A DNA stretch of 63,961 nt, the filler included, from Trypethelium eluteriae (lineage: Eukaryota), in the NCBI GenBank assembly GCA_051942245.1. It is 3 parts of 3 records of this genome, joined end to end, with 100 filler letters (N's around TTAATTAATTAA, not from the genome) between each part and the next. Parts side by side here need not be neighbours in the genome. Positions count along the whole stretch, not along the records: positions 47,054 to 63,961 come from JAVECL010000605.1; 2 more parts are not named here. The stretch is one strand, 5' to 3'. The notes under the pieces are model-generated. The model was given only the letters and a program-made list of their open reading frames with translations. It was not told the DNA's origin and made no database searches. A program made the position numbers and the translations under genes. Below, piece by piece: positions 50,409 to 63,961 of this stretch (position 1 is its first letter; each line of letters begins with the position of its first letter).

Positions 50409-53400
50409 ATGTCGGCGAATCAATCAAGCTCTGATAGCAGTGCAGTGGAGAGATCAATCCCCGAGGAGTCGACGGTAGCAACGGAACAAGGACAGCCAAC
50501 TGCCTCTTCAAAGTTAAAACTCCCTAAACAATCAACAGAACAGCCTTCAGGATCGTGGTCTGGCGAAGCGAAGGAATCATTGTCTAGGCAGCAGGGAGGA
50601 ATTTCAAAGGAAACTGCCATGTCTCCTTTTTCTGAAACGTCAGACCCATCCGGTGCCTTCAGTCCAGGCTCCACTGACAGAGTCTTTCCCATACGGTCTT
50701 TCGTATCGGTCGACCCCAACCCTACCCCCTCCCAACGGCATGACCGGAATGAGGGGTATTTCGCCAATGCTGCCCAATCAAGACGTTATTCAGCGGCCAG
50801 TCGTTCGGAGCCTACACACACGAGTACACCCATGGGAACGAGGCAGTCCAGCATAGATCCGGCATTTGACTCTGCCAGCAGACGCTCCTCAAGATCACGG
50901 CACGGTAGACGAGATTCGGAACCAGCTGAGCTTCCCGAAAGGATCAGCATGTCACGACAAACCACCCAACTCTTTAGCGACACTGCTTCTGCAAATTCCG
51001 GAAGTATGGCCAATGCACAGACGACACGGACGTCGGAAGCAGCCGAGAGGCCAGCCTCAGTCCGGAGCACTAAGAGTGGTGTGGATGAGACAGGTGGTTT
51101 AGTAACCGCTCGTTTTAAGCATGTGGTTTACGATGGCAAGCATGTCATAATAACAGGAAGAGATGGAGGAACATTGCAGCGCTGTGAGGATGAGCCTATC
51201 CACATACCAGGTGCAATTCAAGGATTTGGCATGTTGGTGGCATTGCAGGAAGAGGCCGACGGGAAATTAATAGTAAGGGTGGTTAGCGAGAATTCCAAAC
51301 GTTTGATGGGCTACACTCCAAGGCAGCTTTTCGCTTTGGAAAGCTTTACGGACATTCTTTCCGAGGATCAGGCCGATAACATGCTGGATCACGTTGATTT
51401 CATCCGGGACGAGGAAGCCGATGTTGCGACAAATGGTCCTGAAGTATTTACCATGGCTATCCGGTCAGCTCAACGAAGGTCACGGAAGTTTTGGTGCGCA
51501 ATGCACATCAACCAATCAAATCCGGATCTAATCATCTGCGAATTCGAACTTGAAGACGACCAAGAACATCCTCTTGTACCTCCAAACGACACTACGCCAG
51601 AGCCGCCTGAGGACACTTTGAACAGCGCTCCTACCCCTGAAGAATTTGCGGAAAGTACGCAGAACTCCAGTAGGCCGTTGCGAGTTTTACGTAGCGCAAG
51701 GAAACGTAAAGGAGAGGCTGCAGCAATGGAAGTCTTCAACATCATGTCCCAAGTTCAAGAGCAATTAGCCGCGGCTCGAAATCTGGAGATATTCTTAAAG
51801 GTTCTGGTGGGAGTCGTCAAGGAGCTAACCGGATTCCATCGAGTAATGATCTACCAATTCGATCAATCATGGAATGGCCGAGTCGTAACTGAGCTTGTTG
51901 ACCCAAGAGCAACCAAAGATCTTTACAAGGGCCTTAACTTCCCTGCATCTGACATACCGCAGCAGGCAAGAGACCTTTACAAAATCAACAAAGTGCGATT
52001 GTTGTACGATAGGGATCAGGAAACGGCGCGCCTTGTTTGTCGTACCAAGGAAGATTTGGAAAATCCTCTTGATCTTACTTATGCCTATTTACGCGCAATG
52101 TCTCCAATCCACCTAAAGTATCTTGCGAATATGGCTGTCCGATCATCAATGTCCATCTCCATCAACGCATTCGAGGAGCTTTGGGGACTGATTGCCTGCC
52201 ACTCCTATGGATCCAGGGGCATGCGAGTAGCATTTCCCATCCGCAAAATGTGTCGGCTGATTGGCGACTCTGCCTCCCGGAACATCGAGCGGCTGTCCTA
52301 TGCTTCCCGGCTTCAAGCTCGAAAACTTATCAACACAGTGCCGACCCAACACAATCCTTCTGGCTACATCATTGCCTCTTCAGAGGACCTCCTAAAACTC
52401 TTCGACGCGGATTTTGGACTCCTTTCAATTCGAGACGAGACAAAAATTCTTGGCGCTCTAGAACAGTCACAGGAGGCGCTTGCTATGCTCGAGTACCTGC
52501 GGTTGCGTAAGATTACTTCCGTGACATCGACACAGGATATTCGAGAAGACTTTCCTGACTTACGATATCCACCTGGCTTTCAAGTCGTCGCCGGATTACT
52601 CTTGGTACCACTTTCCGTGAGTGGCAGCGACTTCATCGTCTTCTTCCGGAAGGGTCAGCTTAAGGAGGTTAGATGGGCGGGCAACCCGTACGAAAAGTTC
52701 ATCAAAGAAGGTACCGAGGGCTACTTGGAGCCGAGAAAGAGTTTCAAGACTTGGAGCGAGACTGTTGTTGGCAGGTGTAAAGAATGGTCTGAGGAAGAAA
52801 TTGAGACGGCCGCAGTGCTCTGCCTTGTTTACGGCAAATTCATCGAAGTGTGGCGTCAAAAGGAGGCTGCTCTGCAGAACAGCCAATTAACAAAGCTCCT
52901 TCTTGCGAACTCTGCACATGAGGTTCGCACGCCGCTCAATGCGATCATCAATTATCTGGAGATCGCTCTGGAAGGATCTCTTGACAGCGAGACGAGAGAA
53001 AACCTTGCGAAGTCCCATTCTGCGTCGAAGTCTCTAATATACGTTATAAATGATCTGCTGGACTTGACAAAGACCGAGGAAGGTGTCGAGCTCATCAAAG
53101 GAGAGGTCTTCGACTTGAGAGCAACACTACGAGAGGCTACCGATATGTTCCGTGGTGATGCACGGAGGAAAGGAATAATTTACGAGATCGTTGAAGCACA
53201 GGATCTTCCTGGGAATGTCATCGGCGACCAGCGAAAGATTAGGCAATGTATATCGAACGTCACTGCTAATGCCATCCAGAATACGTCGGAAGGCGGTGTA
53301 AAAGTCGAGATGCGGGTTGCCTTACACAGAGAGGACCGTGTTGACATTGAAGTCATCGTTGAGGATACCGGTGCTGGGATGACTTCAAAGAAGTTGGATG

Positions 53401-55261
53401 CTCTCTTTCGAGATTTGGAGCAAGTACAATCTGTCGAGAGTGATGCAATGGTGGAAGAGACCCTTGCTCCAAGCACTAACAAAGCTCTTCCAGAATCTGA
53501 AGAGGCTAAGCGCACACTTGGCCTTGGTCTCGCAGTTGTAGCACGTATCATCCGGAATATCGAGGGACAATTACGGCTTAAATCGGAAGAGGGAAAGGGC
53601 TCTCGCTTCATTCTCACACTACCCTTTGATCTTCCTGATAACGAACCCAGACCGAGCGTAAGTTCTGAGGCAACCGTCACTCCACCTGCAACAAATATAG
53701 AGTCACCTTTCGACAACACCTCCACTGCAGGTAGCAACACTCCGCAACCCAAACTATCGGCTTCAACACAAGAACTCACACTTGTACGTCCCAACTCGCG
53801 GGTACAGAGATCTGCCTCAGATCTTGCTAGTCCAGGTCCCGACAATTCGCTTTCTCGTCGCAACAGTGGCGATAGTGTCAACTCGAAGAAGTCGTTGAGA
53901 AGCCTCCGTTCCCAGTCTTCAACACACAGTACCAAGAGTGATGTAGATCGACTAATCGAAGCTATCCAAGAGCCACAAATGGTCGGACAAGAGCATCACC
54001 GCAGCAGTCAACGTAAGGGCTCGGTTGGCCAGGTCGGACCATCCAGACCCAGAGTCGATAAGAGAGGCAGTCAGCAACAAATCAGCAGACCAGGTTCAAG
54101 GCATTCTGGAGAAAGACCGAGGAGTTTGGACGCGGCTGTTGCCCCACCTGAGCACCTACGACAGCTCAAGACCGATGCAGGGAGTCCAGGGGAGCAGAAA
54201 GTAAAGGATTCTAAGCGGCCGCTACGGGCGGTCAAAGTACCAGAAGAAGGCGTAACTCCTATGCCTCGTGAGGATCCTTTCACTTCGCAGAAAGTGGAAG
54301 AGTTGACGGACAGATCCTCAGTCGCGAGCGACGTTACGGCAGGGAGGGAAGGATCTATAACGGATCAACCATTAGCGGAAACAGATGAGCATGGTAATTT
54401 AACGGCGGACCATTTACGAGTGTTGGTTGCCGAAGACGACCCTGTGAATAGTAAGATCGTGAAAAAGCGGCTAGAAAAGCTGGGACATGATATTCAGCTT
54501 ACTGTCAACGGCGAAGAGTGTTCGAGCATGTACGGGGAACACAGCGGACATTTTGATGTCATCCTGATGGACATGCAAGTAAGGCTTCGCCCACTCCTCC
54601 GTTCTCCGCAATGCTACTGCAGCAAAATGCTGACAAAGTGCGTTTCGAATAGATGCCTATCGTGGACGGCCTAACCTCAACCAAAATGATCCGCTCATTC
54701 GAGAAATTGAACCCGACGCATGCACTTTCGAACCGCGCCCGCCTCAATGGCCGCGTTCCGATCATCGCCGTGTCAGCTTCCCTCGTCGAGAAAGACCGCA
54801 AGACCTACATTGATGCAGGATTCGACGCCTGGATCCTCAAGCCCATCTCCTTTCCTCGCCTCAACGAGTTGCTCCACGGCATCGTCCAACGTGACGTACG
54901 ATCCGAGAACGTCTACCGTGATGGCTGGGAGTGGGAGAAGGGAGGATGGTTCCAGGCGGCTCCAACAGATGCATTCGACACCGATACATCACCATCTGGA
55001 AAACCACCTGTGCAGCAACCCAGTGAGGGGCTTAAGATGGCAGCTGCAAGCGATGATCCACAGGGACCGGGAGACGATGCAGAAGGCGTGCAGCCAGAGG
55101 AGCAGCATCGGTTAATGGAGAAACAGAAAGAAGAACGGAGAGGCTTGGGCTTGGCAGGGGACGGCCAGAAAGACGATGATGAGGGTGAGGAGAAGTGGGA
55201 AGAGAGCGTGGAGAATCAGCCGATCGGCTCCCCTTCCAAGACCGGAGGACCGGCATCATGA
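50409..55261 (+). CDS. fphA: Fungal phytochrome (PAS-GAF-PHY-histidine kinase-receiver), intron 54579-54652
   Basis: Chromophore Cys in RCEDEPIHIPGAIQ, PASDIP, LRAMSPIHLKYL.NM, PRKSF, H-box SAHEVRTPLN, DTG.G, LGLGL, receiver DVILMDMQMP. Confidence 0.96.
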
Positions 55262-57448
55262 TGAACGAGTATTCCTATGGCAGTTTCAACGCACCTTTCT
55301 CAGCCTGAAATATTCGGCTTTCGAAACGGCTGCAGGTCCATGATCCTATGATCCTATCTTACCCTTTGACTATACATATTGATTGGCTTTGGGCGTTTTT
55401 GTGGCACGGGTGGTCATGTCAACGTTCGGAAGAAGCATTCAGCGTGCACACTTCTCCTTCGTTGGTTTCCGCATGACGACGGCGTTCGAGCGGGTTCTCA
55501 CATCTCCTCTTTTCATTGCTCTCTTTTTGATTCTTGATGAAGGAAACGAAAGTTTTTGGAATGTCTTAGTTTCTTTCTTGCTTGTTGCAAGAGTCTGTAT
55601 CACGGGATCACGCCATGGCTTTGGAGAGTAGAACAGACATTTGCTGACTTACTTGATTTTTCTTAAGTTGGGCGAAGCGAAACTTGTACAAGTACGCCTT
55701 TTCGTGTTGGACTTGCAAGCGCAGAGCGTTCGGTTGGTCGCTCAATACAATCAAAGTTTCAGTGACGGCGAATGCAAGTCAAGAGTCTTGAGATCGAGGT
55801 AAGATGAATGAGAAAATTCCATTTCACATGTATTATACATGTCATTCTTTTGATTGCCCAGATTTTCTACTGGATTCTTCGTCATCATTTCCTACAAGCC
55901 ACTCCCGCACTTTGTTAGGTGATACCCTGCTTAGCTACTCCAGATAACACCATCCGAAAAGCAATACGTGATAGGGGATGTCGCCCTTGCATTTTCAAAT
56001 TCTAGCAGCATATTTAAAATTACAATTCATAGTCTGATATGCCCCTTTTAGTGCTGATATCTGCGGCTTGAAGATCTCTACGGACTCTCTTCCACCGCCC
56101 CGGTACACGCATACCCCAGCCAGGCTTCCTTCCAAATTATAGCCTGCCACGTTTTCACTTCTGAGTCTCTCGGATAGCAGTCTCCTTTGTCAGGCCATGC
56201 GGTTTAGAAGCGATTGTCTGACGCGACAATGACTTCTTATTATGAAATCAACCACGAAAGCTTGTAGCTTGCGTCATGTTCATGCTGTGATATTTTGGCC
56301 GCATAATGCCTGACGGCTTCCCGGAGGGTTGGTCGCGGTCAGACCCTGACGCTCGGTGGTTCTACCCTACCCTTTGCCCTATGGTTGCTTTTCCAGCACG
56401 CGAGATTAGGATCGAGCTGGGATCAAATGAAACGAGAGATGGGGAGCCCCTCGGCTCACCACCCTCCAAGATTTCTAGCAACGGGAGGATTCCGATTGCG
56501 CGACCGTGGCCGGTGCTCCCTCGCTCGTGACAGCCTCATGAGACCCTATCATCCTATCTCGCGCCCAAGCCCAGCCAGGATCCCAGCGGGATGGGAAATT
56601 TCCGGGGAAAAATGGACCGGTATCAAGGATAAGACAGTCATCATCAAGAAAGACCATCAAATCGACCCTATAAGGCGAAGGGCAGTGCCAGGCTAAGCAT
56701 GCTAAGGCCAGTAAGATTTGCAACGGCAGCCGTTTTTAATGTCCCCGCCGTTTGGAGCGCTTGGCGGGAAACTTTAAGCCACGGTACCGGGACCGGAAGA
56801 AGCAAGAACGAAACGTAGCCGGTATCCGCGGCCATGACAATGACAGCGGCCAGCTGGGTAAGTCGAAAGCAAGCGCGAGCTTGGCGGCCGGCGATCTGAC
56901 GCGTGCTCACGATAGCCAATGAGCTGCAGGGCGGATCAAGGCTTGCGTGGGCTGCGTGGGCTGCGTGGGTGCGATGAGGAGCGGAAGAGAGGTAGCTAGA
57001 GATAGTAATTAACTCATCGGGGCAAGGCTTAGAAGTTCCTCGGTGGCACACAGCTGCAGCCGTGACCAGGTCCGATGGGCGGGGAGTATCGGGACTGCTA
57101 CGACTGGACCAGCCCACACCCTGGCTCGGCGTCGACCGTGGATAGACTTGATTGCAGGAGTCGGGCATGAAACGGGCGGAGGGCAGATGGCAGAGGGCAG
57201 CGACAGCTCAGAAAAATTTGAAAATTGCTGCGATGGCGTCGACGACTGGCACGGTGGTGACCAGGTACATCGTCGACGTTGGCCGTGGCGTTGACGTTTG
57301 GGGCACTGCGCTGGTGCAACGGCTCAGAGGGGCAAAGCTGGAGGATTCTGGAGTCTGGACGTGTGTTGTCTGTAGTCTGTACGGATAGTGTCTGTGTCGC
57401 TGCCGCGGGCTGGTGATAAGGCGCCTCTGATCGGTTGAAGGAGTTCCC

Positions 57449-57478
57449 AGTCGTCCTAGTCGTCCTAGTCGTCCTAAG
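57449..57478. repeat. 9-bp tandem repeat (agtcgtcct)x3 in the STE20 leader
   Basis: Direct reading of the sequence. Confidence 0.7.
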
Positions 57479-57655
57479 ACGGAAGAGCGATTTCATCCCA
57501 GCGACAGCCCCCCAGCATCGATTCTCCTCCGCCGACGCTTTACGCCGGTGTTGCCGTGCCTGCTTTTGCCTGCTCTCCTGCTGACTTGTCTGGCCTCTTC
57601 GTGGGTGCTCCTCCTTGCTGCGGCATCTAGCAAGCGGCTGTATCCTGCCGCGACC

Positions 57656-60706
<3,051 letters not shown>

Positions 60707-61840
60707 GGGGCGTGTACGCCGTCTTCGAATCCGCAGCAGTCGTGTCATGCATGACGAAGCATGTTTGGTTGGAGTTCTCTTCTCCCACCATGCACTTCTA
60801 TCAAGTGCGTGCCCAAAAACGCCATCTGTTGCTCCATATTTTGGACCCTCTCACCGAGTTTCTGTACCACCACCATTTTTGCATATCTGCCACAGACATG
60901 TTGAGCTTCCACGCATCAGTCAAAGGGCGCACAGGACTGATTTCGCCTAAAATTCGCGCGACTCCACTGGCCTTTGGTTTCCAGGTCGAAAAATCTTGCG
61001 TGGACGAGCCATGTTCGGATTTGTGCCTGAAGCACATGAATGCACTACCGTGCCCCCAACTAGACTTACTGCACTTTGTCTTCTATCCCGAGCTCTATCC
61101 GCTCTGCATCCATCTTGGCGGTCAATCATTCTAATGTTTGCATCATTATGCTGAAAGCCACTTTTTAGTCACCACACAAGGTTGCGCACTCAAGGACTTG
61201 GAGACATTCATACAGGTGGGATCACACGTCGATCTCCGACAAGCTGTAGTTGCACGCTTGGTAGCCGACAATCTGGGGTCGTTCCTCAGTTGATCTAGAG
61301 GCGGAGGAGATTGCAAGCGCACATTGGGTCGGACTTCAAATATATATATATCTACGGAATGACAACGTGAGGACGAGGACTTCTCTGGTCTCGCGGCTGC
61401 TGGAGTTGTGGTTCCCGTAGCTGCTTGAGACGCGGCCGGGCTTTCATGGAGGGTTCAGATATTCCATTTAGATGTGAGGGGACATCCAGAAATCTTAGAA
61501 CATATACGTGATCATTCTTTGAACTCTCTTTCCAGATAAGAAACGTGACTAGGAAGGCGGAATCTGCCTTGCCCAAGGTAGATATCTAGAAAGCGAAACT
61601 TGGAAAGACGGATGCGCATGCTTGGAGGCTCAGACGTCCCAGCAGAACGTCATCGTTGCCTACCACCTTCAACGCGCAACTTTGCGCCTCTCTCGATCCA
61701 GCCTACTATATCTCAAAAGACCAAGGCACCCAAAACTTTCACGTTTACCACGTCCTAGGTGCTTGGGCTAAGCTACATTCTCCGCACAGTATATTGCCTG
61801 GCCCGGCTCTGAGCGTAGCTGGCGCCAACGAAGCCTCATC

Positions 61841-63961
<2,121 letters not shown>

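Noticed and set aside
57548..57655. Signal-peptide-like N-terminal extension on Ste20
   Set aside because: Starts at TTG and overlaps a pyrimidine-rich tract with a CTGAC branch point and TAG acceptor at ~57630; better explained as a 5' UTR intron

Overview
Gene-dense genomic DNA from a filamentous ascomycete (Pezizomycotina), judged from short GT-AG introns with CTRAC branch points and fungal-type genes. Two 100-nt artificial contig linkers (N44-TTAATTAATTAA-N44) at 23428-23527 and 46954-47053 break the window, so adjacency across them is not guaranteed. About 24 protein genes are recognisable: a Baeyer-Villiger/flavin monooxygenase, Pho85/PhoA CDK, a membrane protein, a secreted aldose 1-epimerase, S-formylglutathione hydrolase, RPB6, a P450, TFIIIA, a Cys-rich surface protein, a partial TPR-like protein, TPT1, a BOR1 borate transporter, the QIP RNAi exonuclease, RPS12, a long GID4/Vid24 protein, a conserved unknown protein, a (6-4) photolyase/cryptochrome, a decayed RBR/IBR gene, a partial BAG protein, a flavoprotein-repeat protein, phytochrome, Ste20 and a partial Hse1. 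I found no tRNA, rRNA, CRISPR array or autonomous transposon. The most interesting signals are (1) a Pho85 locus that appears to encode extra isoforms through an ACG start in ideal context and a phase-compatible alternative last exon, (2) an 88-bp-arm foldback hairpin just downstream of qip, (3) a P450 sitting inside the divergent RPB6-TFIIIA pair, (4) a chain of tiny uORFs before BOR1, and (5) co-location of photoreceptor genes. All identifications come from motif recognition by eye; no database searches were run.
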